Of a DNA stretch of 64,000 nt, positions 34,974-45,038 are shown in pieces. The notes under the pieces were generated by a model. That model saw only the letters and a list, made by a program, of their open reading frames with translations. It was not told where the DNA came from and made no database searches. Position 1 is the first letter of the stretch; each line of letters starts with the position of its first letter. The stretch lies in the IMG/VR virus record IMGVR_UViG_3300035698_010295, positions 1-64,000 of that record. The stretch is one strand, 5' to 3'. The translations under genes were made by a program, and so were the position numbers. Source of the DNA: a virus.

Positions 34974-37857
34974 TACTTTTTTCATCCAACACCTTTATAA
35001 TATTACCTAAACTCAAACTTTGTAATTGTTTCTTTTGCTTCAAATTATCCAGTACGTATTTATCAGTAGGTAAGTGAAAAAGATCAATAATAGTGGCACC
35101 TCTATTATTATCCATACCAGGACGATGTATCCTGTCTTCAGATTGAAGCCTATACATGCCATTGAAATCATTACTATAGTATACAATAGATGGTGAGGCT
35201 GTAAAAGTAAGACCTTCAGATCCAGAAGCAGGGTGACCAATAACACACAACAAAGGAAAAGCATTACGAAATTCATTGTATTTTGGATGCGATAAATCCA
35301 TAGCTTGTAAGGCTTCATTAAGGTCATAACTATTTCCCTCTTTATCGGAAACAGTCCATCCTTGGCCGTCAATCCTTATTACGATCCAGCCAGCTTCTTT
35401 AACCATTTTACAAAGATGATCTATAGATGCTGTAAAACCGGCATAGAAAACGAGTCTAGCGACTTCCATATGTTCATCAAGTAAATTAAGTACAACATCA
35501 TTTTTAGGGCAGTCAATAAAGGTTGAGTCACGCTCATAAATAGATTGAATTCCAGTGCTACCACAATTTGGACATGGAATTTCTTCATATTCAAGAGGAT
35601 CAGTGTCTGGCTTAGGATGTTGTATTGTTTTGTTCCCGAGACAAAGACTACATGTTTCGGTTCCAGTTTTGACTTTAGTATATTGAAAACCATCACTTAA
35701 CTCTCGTAAGAGTGTTAGTGCTTTAATTGTGCTTGATGCTGTATTAGCGAGTGTTCTAGCAACATTTAAAATCGATTGTGTTGGTTTCACCTCAATTATG
35801 CGATACTGTTTATCCGGAAGATCAAAACAATCTTTTTTAAATTGGACTAAAACAAGTCCTTTAAGTCGTTTACTTAATTTTGAAACTTCATTTATTGATC
35901 TTGTAAACTCGTGATACCCTGGCTCAGTTAGATTGTGATTTATTGCATCTTTAAACTGACCACAAATTTTACATTTATTATCATCATCCCACCATGTAAT
36001 TAGCTTTGGATATGATCCACCATATTGTGCTTCACACATCTCTGTGAGACACAATCTATTACGAAATTTAGCTTCAGTTCCCTCTCTTAAAAAACCGGGC
36101 ATTGCTACTTCACAATTATGTGCGATAAATCCATTAGCAGAAAATTTATGTATACCTGGAACTTCTATATCATAGACATCTTCTATAGAATCTTGTTCAA
36201 CAGATTCTACTGTTGCTACTGGTGTGCTGGTCCAATTATGTCTATTTTTGATTCTCTTAATCAAGCGTTCTTTTTTCTTTGTTTGATTAAAATCAATAAT
36301 ATATTGAAATTTAATAGCTTCAGTATTTATTATTTGAATTTCATAACAAAAATCTGATGTATTAATTTTGCGTCCATCAATATATGATATACCTACATTT
36401 TTTTTAATTCTTATCTTACAATAAATACCTAAAGACTGCAATAATAATTGAATTTTATAGATTCTATCTTTATCTACTTGTGCTAATGTTATTCTTAAAG
36501 TATCTTTAGAAACACTACCATCAGCATCAAACATACCTCTTAAAAATCCAATAATAAAACTACTAGATGCAGTCATTATATTGTGGTCAATAATCTTTTT
36601 TGGTGTGATACCCCACTCACGAACAATATCATTAATTCTACCACCATGAATTATAAGGGCTTCACCACTAGAAGTAATATTATCTTGTTCAAGTATTTTA
36701 CATACTTCTGGTATCAAGCAAAAATCACCCTCAAAAAATTGAAGGCGACTATAGTAACCACTTTCTTTTTTAGTAACATTACCATCACCAAACAACAACC
36801 CTAAAATGTAACCTTCATTTTCTGATCCTGTTCCCTCCCAGTGATTGTATGATTCTGGCGTTGAAATTTTGATTTCATCACCAATTTCTAGCTCACATAA
36901 TTTTCTCCAAAGCTTTAAGCCATCATAATTAACAAGGAATTTTTGATCTTCTGTAGCTCTTACAGAATACCCTTCATTAGTGTTAATCTTATAAAGTTGC
37001 TTAGTTCCAGTTTTAAAGAAACCATTAGTCTTTACTTTGTGGTTATCAACTAATATATTAGTCTTTTGATGAATTAACTCTTTAATTTGTTTTAGACCTT
37101 GATCCGTAGTTATCCAAGTATCATCAGAAAAGCATTGCCAAAACCAATCAGTTGGGGCCTTTGGGGCAGGTGTTCCTGTTAAACAGATAACAAACCCTTT
37201 TTCTTTGTGTTCTAATCGTACACTATTAGCCAAGTGTGATGCTGCTTGTGAACGTTGTGAAGTGGAATTTTTAATTCGAGCACTTTCATCAAACACAACA
37301 CCTTGTGGGGCAACTCCATCCCATGACTCTAAATCAATACGAAACTTATCATAAGTTAAGAGTCGCGGTTTTACCCGCGACTCCCACTTCAACAATTCCA
37401 ACTCAACACTTTTAAGGGCTGATTTAGGAGCTATGTACCACCAGTCTTTTAGACCAGATTGCTCCATAACTTCAATAGCTGCAAGTGATTTTCCAACACC
37501 CATCTCACCAGCAAACATACAATAGTGTCTGGTTAGTATGTGCCTTACTGCTTCAACTTGATGTTTAAACAATGGGCGGTCAGTGACACAATTTAATAAA
37601 TCAGCATCATAAGGAGCATATGGATTTTCATTTTTAAGGTATTTTAATTGGAAAACATTTCTCGGTGTAAGAGGTGCACTCCAAATTTTACGTGGATTAT
37701 TATCAAAGCCATGCCATTTTGCACCTGACATATTTTTGATTTCATCCATCAACTTGCGATTAAAACGAAACTTAAAATATATTCTACCATCTTCAACAGC
37801 AACTTGAGCAGGTATTAAACGATTTTCTGCTCGTAACTTCATCATTTGATAATCCAT
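34966..37857 (-). CDS. SNF2-family helicase containing an intein
   Basis: EMGVGKS, FDESA, LTGTP, GSEGLT, QSEDRIHR. Confidence 0.92.
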   Translation of the reverse strand: MDYQMMKLRAENRLIPAQVAVEDGRIYFKFRFNRKLMDEIKNMSGAKWHGFDNNPRKIWSAPLTPRNVFQLKYLKNENPYAPYDADLLNCVTDRPLFKHQVEAVRHILTRHYCMFAGEMGVGKSLAAIEVMEQSGLKDWWYIAPKSALKSVELELLKWESRVKPRLLTYDKFRIDLESWDGVAPQGVVFDESARIKNSTSQRSQAASHLANSVRLEHKEKGFVICLTGTPAPKAPTDWFWQCFSDDTWITTDQGLKQIKELIHQKTNILVDNHKVKTNGFFKTGTKQLYKINTNEGYSVRATEDQKFLVNYDGLKLWRKLCELEIGDEIKISTPESYNHWEGTGSENEGYILGLLFGDGNVTKKESGYYSRLQFFEGDFCLIPEVCKILEQDNITSSGEALIIHGGRINDIVREWGITPKKIIDHNIMTASSSFIIGFLRGMFDADGSVSKDTLRITLAQVDKDRIYKIQLLLQSLGIYCKIRIKKNVGISYIDGRKINTSDFCYEIQIINTEAIKFQYIIDFNQTKKKERLIKRIKNRHNWTSTPVATVESVEQDSIEDVYDIEVPGIHKFSANGFIAHNCEVAMPGFLREGTEAKFRNRLCLTEMCEAQYGGSYPKLITWWDDDNKCKICGQFKDAINHNLTEPGYHEFTRSINEVSKLSKRLKGLVLVQFKKDCFDLPDKQYRIIEVKPTQSILNVARTLANTASSTIKALTLLRELSDGFQYTKVKTGTETCSLCLGNKTIQHPKPDTDPLEYEEIPCPNCGSTGIQSIYERDSTFIDCPKNDVVLNLLDEHMEVARLVFYAGFTASIDHLCKMVKEAGWIVIRIDGQGWTVSDKEGNSYDLNEALQAMDLSHPKYNEFRNAFPLLCVIGHPASGSEGLTFTASPSIVYYSNDFNGMYRLQSEDRIHRPGMDNNRGATIIDLFHLPTDKYVLDNLKQKKQLQSLSLGNIIKVLDEKSND
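36115..37134 (-). mobile_element. Intein with LAGLIDADG homing endonuclease (340 aa)
   Basis: Starts CFSDDTWITT, ends VYDIEV...NGFIAHN followed by Cys+1; contains LGLLFGDG and LRGMFDADG. Confidence 0.93.
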
Positions 37858-38357
37858 TATGCTCTTTCCATAATCAATGTTTTATCAGACAGTTGTTTAA
37901 CATTATAATTTTTCCATAATGTTGTTAATTTAGTTTTCTTTATAATGGTATAAATTTGCATAAATATAATTCTAGTTGCTTTAGTTCTTTGTTTGTTAAG
38001 CATGGCGGGTAAAGTATAAAACCATTCTAAAATAGTGCCAGACAATATTAATATGTTCTTGCTAATTAAACAACCTTTTAAGAGACTAGCATACATAAGT
38101 ATTTCTTCAGGTTGTTCTACAAATACAGCAAAAGTCATATTCGAATGATTCAATAAATCGACATCTAGTTCAGTTGTCCAAGGATTGTGTACGGGGTTTC
38201 TTAAGCTCTGTAAACTATACAGAAAACTAAAAGGACAATTGAGATCTAATTCATTGGAGTCTAAATTTCGAGTTGGTGATACATCTAAATGTTCTGTGAT
38301 AAAATCTATATACCCCGACCAATTAACTTTAGGTGCAACTAGAGCTATTACATTCAT
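37857..38357 (-). CDS. Hypothetical protein
   Basis: 166-aa ORF, coupled by overlap. Confidence 0.65.
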   Translation of the reverse strand: MNVIALVAPKVNWSGYIDFITEHLDVSPTRNLDSNELDLNCPFSFLYSLQSLRNPVHNPWTTELDVDLLNHSNMTFAVFVEQPEEILMYASLLKGCLISKNILILSGTILEWFYTLPAMLNKQRTKATRIIFMQIYTIIKKTKLTTLWKNYNVKQLSDKTLIMERA

Positions 38358-39022
38358 CTGTCTCGATTATCCTCTTCAACAGTTTCCACTTCATTTTTAG
38401 GTGGATTTTGGAATTTAGTAATAGCTTTAATAAAAGTCTCTGCATCCGGAAAATCAAAGGGTGTTGTACAATCTTGAATAACTGACACATGCCAACTATA
38501 TTTCTTATTTGATACTAACTTAACCCCTAATGTAGCAGGCCCAGGTGTGTTTGTTTCTTCATTCATTTTGAGCCGAAGATTTGGTGCTACACGTCTAGCT
38601 GATTTACTGTACATATAAAATGTTGCAAACTGGTTTTCAGTTGGCAACCAAAGTAAAAAATCAAGACCACACATACAACCGGAATTTGAATCAGAAGATG
38701 TTTCTCTGATACGTGTAAATTCAGCATCCTTTGGATCATACACGTTAGTAATTTCATTGTCATCGGTTATTTGCATGGCCTTTACTCTCATACTACAAAC
38801 AAGAACATCAATTTGATTACCTAAATCTTTCATTGTTTCTTTGTCTGTTACAAGAGCATAAACACCCATACCTACTATGCCTTTTTTTGTAGCATCAGAA
38901 TTAGACCCCATAAGTTGGAGTCTTTTAAGATACTCAGAAGAAGTAGCAACGGATGTAATATCATCAGATGTAAGTGTTGGTGAAATTAAATTCATGTTTA
39001 AATTTGAGAGTTCATTAGTCAT
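38354..39022 (-). CDS. Hypothetical protein, possibly single-stranded DNA-binding
   Basis: Located in the replication module; acidic C-terminal tail. Confidence 0.5.
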   Translation of the reverse strand: MTNELSNLNMNLISPTLTSDDITSVATSSEYLKRLQLMGSNSDATKKGIVGMGVYALVTDKETMKDLGNQIDVLVCSMRVKAMQITDDNEITNVYDPKDAEFTRIRETSSDSNSGCMCGLDFLLWLPTENQFATFYMYSKSARRVAPNLRLKMNEETNTPGPATLGVKLVSNKKYSWHVSVIQDCTTPFDFPDAETFIKAITKFQNPPKNEVETVEEDNRDR

Positions 39023-39096
39023 TATTTAACCTTATTATTTGATTATTTAATTTAAATAAGGTTTTGCATATTTAACAACATATAATATAATTTTTA

Positions 39097-39130
39097 AATT
39101 AAAGTGGTGGGGTGCGTGACACCCCACCAT
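39097..39130 (-). terminator. Intrinsic terminator-like hairpin
   Basis: TGGTGGGGTG-N5-CACCCCACCA followed by CTTTAATTT on the minus strand, downstream of the ParB gene. Confidence 0.6.
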
Positions 39131-39150
39131 GGAGCGAAGGAGAAGAAGAG

Positions 39151-40092
39151 TTAACTGGAAACAGATGCAGCGAGTTCTGCTGTTTCTTTGGCTTTCTTAG
39201 CGTCTAGATCAGCTTTACGTTTCGCCTTATTTGCAGCGATTTCAGCTTGACGTTGGTCATACTTTGCCTTGGCCAACGCAATAGAATCTGGATCTATCCG
39301 TAATGCCCACTTCAAGGTAAGTTTAGCTACCTCATTTAAATCTTTAGTGCCAGACTCTTTCACAATTATAGGAATGCTATCGGGTTTTTCGAGTTCAGCA
39401 AGAAGTTCAGAACGCTTCCTAAGACGTGCTTGAGGTTCAAATTCCGCTTTACTAACTGATTTACCTGACCGTAGTGCTTCGCGGATTTCTTTAACTCTAG
39501 CTGAAACACGAGGTACAAATTCTGCTGGTTGCTCAGATGATGCAGATGCGACAAAATTCTTTTGTTCTTCAACAGGTAGCTTGGATAATGCGTAAGCGTT
39601 AGTCAAAGGAATCTTACCAGAGTCAACGAGTCCTGCAATCTTGTCATCCAATTTAAGAAGACCAAGACGCTCACTAATCCAACCAGGAGACATTGACAAA
39701 TCAGTTGCAAGTTGACTGATAGTAAGCATTTGTTTACCAGCTAAGATTCGTTGAATCTGTTTTGCAAACTCAACTGGTTTAGTCTTAACTGTATGTGCAT
39801 TAGCAATCAATTGTGCTTCAAGAACCTGAGCATCTTCCATGGAGAAAATCTGGGCTGGTAATTCTGTTAAACCAATCACTAATCCAGCAATAAATCGATG
39901 TAGACCATCAATTATCTCATAAGGCTTTTCAGCCCCGGCTTTTGAGTTTCGAACATTGATAGGATTTAATATTCCTATTGATACAATTGAATCTCGAAGA
40001 TTTATGAAATCTTCACTTTGTTGATCCACGTTTCTAAGTGCCACTTGGTTTTGTGCGATGTCACTGATGGGAATATTTTTCAATTCGGCCAT
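39151..40092 (-). CDS. ParB/RepB/Spo0J-family protein
   Basis: GILNPINVR, IIDGLHRF, HTH 'ISQLATDLSMSPGWISERL'; K/A-rich tail. Confidence 0.9.
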   Translation of the reverse strand: MAELKNIPISDIAQNQVALRNVDQQSEDFINLRDSIVSIGILNPINVRNSKAGAEKPYEIIDGLHRFIAGLVIGLTELPAQIFSMEDAQVLEAQLIANAHTVKTKPVEFAKQIQRILAGKQMLTISQLATDLSMSPGWISERLGLLKLDDKIAGLVDSGKIPLTNAYALSKLPVEEQKNFVASASSEQPAEFVPRVSARVKEIREALRSGKSVSKAEFEPQARLRKRSELLAELEKPDSIPIIVKESGTKDLNEVAKLTLKWALRIDPDSIALAKAKYDQRQAEIAANKAKRKADLDAKKAKETAELAASVSS

Positions 40093-40538
40093 TTACAATA
40101 CCTTTCCTTGATTCAGTAAATTAAATTGTCCCGTACACTGGATTAAATCAAATCAATATCGGCACAATATCGATTCGACTACCAATACAACCCTATATCG
40201 TCAGACAGGGCCAAAAAATAAACTAAAAGAATAAAAGCGTATATAGATAGAACGCGTGTATGATTTGATTTTTCCTACTTACTACAATTATGAAACCATA
40301 ACCCTATAGCGTTTTTTTCTCTTTTTTTGTTCTATATAGGTTAGGGTTAAAATTTTAGTAAAATGGTAACTCTTTTGGTAGCATATATTTAACGTAATGA
40401 CGATAATAATAATAGTAGTAAGTAACTAAATATTTTGATTTGATTTAATTGTAACACAAAGTAACCCATTATTTGTGACAATTTAATTTGATTTAATGAT
40501 AAATCAAATCGTTGATTTACTAAGTTAAGGATTAATAA
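40093..40538. promoter_or_regulatory. Divergent AT-rich control region, candidate replication origin
   Basis: Strand switch point; multiple (T)GATTTGATTT / AAATCAAATC repeats; adjacent to the primase-helicase. Confidence 0.5.
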
Positions 40539-40814
40539 ATGGTAACATTAGAAATTAAAACACTATATAAAAAAGAACCTGATACTGTAAAGGTTTTCAA
40601 ACACGATGACCATCAAATAAGATTAACAATAGAAGATGGTTATGCTATGACAACAGTTTATATGTCAGAATTGGAAACAGATTTACTTGTCAGGATATTA
40701 ACCAATGCTAAAAACGGTGTCAATAAAGTCCTTTCTAACGGTAAACACGCATCAAGATTTGGCGAATCTTTATGCGACAAACATGGAATGTCAGGTCAAT
40801 GTCGCACAGGATGA
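40539..40814 (+). CDS. Hypothetical protein
   Basis: AAGGA SD. Confidence 0.55.
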   Translation: MVTLEIKTLYKKEPDTVKVFKHDDHQIRLTIEDGYAMTTVYMSELETDLLVRILTNAKNGVNKVLSNGKHASRFGESLCDKHGMSGQCRTG

Positions 40815-43350
40815 TGGAGAACGTGTTGAAGGTGACTATAAAGGTAAACAATGGCATGGTTGGACTAATGGTTTAGAAACATGGAAATCTTTTAGAATAC
40901 CTTGGAATGCAAATAAAGAACCAACATATAAAGATTCAGATATTAAATTTAACTTCGGTAAGCATGTAGAAGGTATTGGTATGACTGGGTGGGATTGGGA
41001 GAATTGTAGTTCTAAATGGGTAGCTTTTGATTTTGATAGTTTAATTAATCATGCTTCAGGTCTTACTGTTCAAGAATTAAATGATCTTATTGAAAAAGCT
41101 GAACAAATAGACTGGGTAACACTTAGAAAATCAACATCTGGTACAGGTGTGCATTTATATGTATTTTTAGATTCTATAGAAACTAAAACACATAGTGAAC
41201 ATGCAGCACTTGCAAGAGCTATACTTGGTCAATTATCAGCTATGACTGGTTATGATTTTCAAAGTAAAGTAGATGCTTGTGGTGGTAATATGTGGGTCTG
41301 GCATCGTAAGATGAAAGATGATGGATTAAATCTTATTAAAGCAGGAAGTATTTTACGTGACCCCCCAGTTAATTGGCCAGATCACCTTAAAGTTATAAAG
41401 GGTATTAGAAAAAAGAATCTACCACAATTTATTAAAGAGCCAGATCTCTTTGAAGAGCTTACAGGCCAACGTGCTACCACACCATTAGATGCTGGTCACA
41501 AGCAACTTATAGATTATCTTAAAGAAAATAATGCTCTTTGGTGGTGGGATAATGATCACCACATGCTGGTTACACATACTGTATGGTTACACAAAGCATA
41601 TGAAAATCTTAATTTTTCTGGTATATATAAAACTAAAAGTTCTGGTAGTAATTTAAATGAACAAAATTGTTTTTGTTTTCCTTTAAAACACGGGGCATGG
41701 GTTATCAGACGTTTTACCCGTGGTGTTCAGGAAGAAGATTCATGGGATCAAGATGAAAATGGTTGGACACGTTGTTTCTATAATAAACAACCTGATCTTA
41801 CCATAGCATCTAGAACATTTTCAGGTATAGAACATGAAAAAGGGGGTTTTATTTTTGCACAAGCTGAGATGGCTATGAAAGCAGCATCTATATTAGGAAC
41901 ACATGTTAATATACCTAACTGGGCTTCACAACGTAAAACTAAATTAAAACGCCATAAGGATAGCAGATTAATTATAGAAATCATAAAAGAAGAAACTGAT
42001 AGAGCAGATGATATGCAAGGTTGGTTAGCAGAAAAAAATGTATGGAAAAGAATATTTAACACACAAGTACAAGATATAGCAGAACCGGAGGTAGCACAAT
42101 ATGACGATTTCATCCGACACTTGGTCACTGAAACTGGTAATGATTATGGTTGGGCAATTAAAACTGACACTGTCTGGAGAACTGAGCCTCTGCCACACAT
42201 TAGATTATCACTTAAATCAATGGGATACGCCGCAAAGGATGCCGACGCCATCCTTGGAAATTCAGTCCTTAAATGCTGGACTCTTGTTCAACGGCCATTT
42301 CAACCTGAATATCCGGGAAATAGGGGATGGAATCGCAATGCAGCTCAACTTAAATTTTTGCCAGGAGATAATCTGGACATACTTAAATACCCCAGCTGGA
42401 GTAGAATACTGCAACATTGCGGCGAAGGACTCAATGAATCTATTAAAACAAATGATTGGTGCCGATCAAACGGGATTGTGTGTGGAGCGGATTACCTCAA
42501 ATGTTGGATTGCCTCAATCTTCCAGGAACCCTTGGAACCATTGCCGTATCTATTTTTTCACGGGCCGCAAAATTCAGGTAAGTCGAGCTTTCATGAGGCG
42601 ATTAGTCTCTTGTTAACACGTGGCTACATAAGAGCAGATCACGCAGTAGAAAATCCATCAGGCTTTAATGGAGAACTTGAAAATGCAATTGTTTGTATCA
42701 TTGAAGAAACTAATTTGTCAAAATCTAGAACGGCTTATAATAGGATTAAAGACTGGGTTACGAGCCGTCATCTTAATATTCGTAAGTTATATCATAGTCC
42801 TTATCACATTCCTAATTCTACTCACTGGATTCAGTGTGCTAATGATCCTTCTTATTGCCCTATTTTTAGTGGCGATACTCGTATTACCATGTGTTATGTT
42901 GATCTTATTGATAATATAATCCCGAAAAAAGTATTAATACCTTCACTTGAAAAAGAAGCACCAGATTTTATAGCTTCACTTTTACATCTAGAATTACCAA
43001 AGAGTCTTGACCGATTAAATTTACCAGTAATAGAAACCAGTGATAAAGAAACTATACAAACTAGAAATGAATCTCCACTAGAAACTTTTATTAGAGAAAA
43101 TGTATTTAAAGTTGATGGTGAGGTGATTACCGTTAAAGATTTTTACTCTACATTTGTAGCATGGTTAGATCAAGATGAAGCTCTCAATTGGAGTAAAATA
43201 AGAATGGGTAAAGAAATGCCAGCCATATTCCCCAAGGGTCGGCGTAAGGATGATTCTTTTTGGTGTTATGGAAATATTTCTTTTGTTATAAAAGATTCAG
43301 ATAAATCAAAACTCATAGTTAAAAATGGAAAATTAATTCATACGACATGA
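40705..43350 (+). CDS. Primase (AEP/prim-pol-like) fused to an SF3-like helicase
   Basis: AFDFD and STSGTGVHLY at the N-terminus; C-terminal GPQNSGKS, IIEE, CAND, DTR. Confidence 0.85.
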   Translation: MLKTVSIKSFLTVNTHQDLANLYATNMECQVNVAQDDGERVEGDYKGKQWHGWTNGLETWKSFRIPWNANKEPTYKDSDIKFNFGKHVEGIGMTGWDWENCSSKWVAFDFDSLINHASGLTVQELNDLIEKAEQIDWVTLRKSTSGTGVHLYVFLDSIETKTHSEHAALARAILGQLSAMTGYDFQSKVDACGGNMWVWHRKMKDDGLNLIKAGSILRDPPVNWPDHLKVIKGIRKKNLPQFIKEPDLFEELTGQRATTPLDAGHKQLIDYLKENNALWWWDNDHHMLVTHTVWLHKAYENLNFSGIYKTKSSGSNLNEQNCFCFPLKHGAWVIRRFTRGVQEEDSWDQDENGWTRCFYNKQPDLTIASRTFSGIEHEKGGFIFAQAEMAMKAASILGTHVNIPNWASQRKTKLKRHKDSRLIIEIIKEETDRADDMQGWLAEKNVWKRIFNTQVQDIAEPEVAQYDDFIRHLVTETGNDYGWAIKTDTVWRTEPLPHIRLSLKSMGYAAKDADAILGNSVLKCWTLVQRPFQPEYPGNRGWNRNAAQLKFLPGDNLDILKYPSWSRILQHCGEGLNESIKTNDWCRSNGIVCGADYLKCWIASIFQEPLEPLPYLFFHGPQNSGKSSFHEAISLLLTRGYIRADHAVENPSGFNGELENAIVCIIEETNLSKSRTAYNRIKDWVTSRHLNIRKLYHSPYHIPNSTHWIQCANDPSYCPIFSGDTRITMCYVDLIDNIIPKKVLIPSLEKEAPDFIASLLHLELPKSLDRLNLPVIETSDKETIQTRNESPLETFIRENVFKVDGEVITVKDFYSTFVAWLDQDEALNWSKIRMGKEMPAIFPKGRRKDDSFWCYGNISFVIKDSDKSKLIVKNGKLIHTT

Positions 43351-43556
43351 AAGGATTCAAAATGACATTACCGAATGAAGAAAAAGCGGCATTACTTAGA
43401 ACTAAAATATTTCTTAGGTCACTACTTGACCCAAAGAAAACACCTAGAGTACCGAAAGATATTAGGGATCAAGCTTGTCATTGTTTGAGACATTTTCCTT
43501 TTATGTGTGTAATAAATCAATTGTGGAAGACAAGAATTAAAGAAGATAAAATATGA
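43347..43556 (+). CDS. Hypothetical phage protein
   Basis: TPRVP..IR..A..CLRHFP; coupled by overlap. Confidence 0.65.
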   Translation: MKGFKMTLPNEEKAALLRTKIFLRSLLDPKKTPRVPKDIRDQACHCLRHFPFMCVINQLWKTRIKEDKI

Positions 43557-44428
43557 CTGATTTGTTAAAATTGTTTAATGAACTTGATGATTTAAGTCAC
43601 CAAAAAATAAAGCGTGATGAAACAGTTAGAGCACCATTTTCTTGGGCAGGCGGTAAAACTAAAAGTTTAAAATATTTATTATCTTATTTACCATATAGAA
43701 CGGGTTACATTGAACCCTTTGGAGGTTCAGGAGCTGTACTTCTAGCTAGGCAGCCCAGTAATTTTGAAGTCTTTAATGATCGTCATGCTGGGATTGTGGC
43801 GTTTTACAGGTGTGTACATGATGATGATTTATGTAACAAATTAATAAAAAGATTATCAACAATAATATATTCCAGAGAAGAATGGGTCTGGTGTGCAAGG
43901 ACCTGGAATAATTGTACTGATGATGTTGAGCGTGCTGCAAGATGGTGGTATATGCTTATTAGTTCATTTGGATCTCTTGGTCGTAATTTTGGACGGGCGA
44001 TTAAAGAAAATACACAAATGGCATTTAAAATGGCTAACCATGTACTTGATTTTACTAAAATACACAACCGTTTGAAAAATGTGTTAATTGAAAATCAAGA
44101 CTTTAAACCTATGCTAAAAGATTTTGACAATGATGATGTAGTGTATTATTTAGATCCACCTTATTTAGATGTGCACAAAGGTACTTTCACACATGAAATG
44201 ACCGAAAACGATCACGTATTAATGTTAAATATGATTTTTAATATGAAAGCTTTTGTCGCAGTTTCTGGTTACACTAATGAATTATATGATAGTTATAAAT
44301 GGGACCATAAATATGAGTGGAATACACCATGCTCTATTAAAGCTATGGCATTTAGAAAAGAAAATTTTAAAGAAGATGCAACCACAAACCGAGAGAGTGT
44401 TACAGAGGTACTCTGGATAAAGGAATAA
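43553..44428 (+). CDS. DNA N6-adenine methyltransferase (Dam/D12 class)
   Basis: WAGGK, EPFGGSGAV, DPPY. Confidence 0.92.
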   Translation: MTDLLKLFNELDDLSHQKIKRDETVRAPFSWAGGKTKSLKYLLSYLPYRTGYIEPFGGSGAVLLARQPSNFEVFNDRHAGIVAFYRCVHDDDLCNKLIKRLSTIIYSREEWVWCARTWNNCTDDVERAARWWYMLISSFGSLGRNFGRAIKENTQMAFKMANHVLDFTKIHNRLKNVLIENQDFKPMLKDFDNDDVVYYLDPPYLDVHKGTFTHEMTENDHVLMLNMIFNMKAFVAVSGYTNELYDSYKWDHKYEWNTPCSIKAMAFRKENFKEDATTNRESVTEVLWIKE

Positions 44429-44429
44429 A

Positions 44430-45038
44430 ATGACAGATATGATCCACCTTAACGGTAATAAGCTTTGTGCAGTAGATTGTAAAACTACTGGACCTGATCC
44501 AACAAATCATGAGATCATAGAAATAGCAATTATAGTTCTAGATTCTTTTGTGCAGCCTACAGGAGAAATTTTTCATATTTATAAAATACCAGAATACCCA
44601 CATAACATGGATGAAAAGACAATTAAAAAATTACACCTTAAGAAAGTAGATATAATGACAAGGGGCATTGATAATTATAGGGCTATTGATGCTTTTGAAA
44701 ATTGGTTTAACTCACTTAATTTAAGACCAATGAAAAGAATAGCCCCGATAGGACATAGTTTTAATTTTGATCGAGATTTTTTAAGGGCTTGGTTAGGTCT
44801 TAATGCTTATGATACTTTTTTTGATCCCTATATTAGAGACACAGCAGTGTTAGCAACCTTTATGAATGATCGGGCTGATTTTCGTTGTGATCAATATCCA
44901 TATCCAAAACAGACTCTTCAGTATCTATGCAATCAGGTTCAGGTTGAAAACCCCTCGAGATATACTGCTCTCGGTGATGCTGTTTCAACCGCTGAAGTGT
45001 ATCGGCAATTTTTGATCTCTGGTCCACTGACTCTATAG
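44430..45038 (+). CDS. DEDD 3'-5' exonuclease-like protein
   Basis: VDCKTTG (E replaced by K), HEIIEIA, GHSFNFD, DT, ALGDA. Confidence 0.8.
   Translation: MTDMIHLNGNKLCAVDCKTTGPDPTNHEIIEIAIIVLDSFVQPTGEIFHIYKIPEYPHNMDEKTIKKLHLKKVDIMTRGIDNYRAIDAFENWFNSLNLRPMKRIAPIGHSFNFDRDFLRAWLGLNAYDTFFDPYIRDTAVLATFMNDRADFRCDQYPYPKQTLQYLCNQVQVENPSRYTALGDAVSTAEVYRQFLISGPLTL

Noticed and set aside
37857-38357. Degenerate ThyX-like protein (HSNMTF, SGTILEW)
   Set aside because: The RHRxxSxxxxSxR signature is absent; the resemblance is too weak to call without a profile search.
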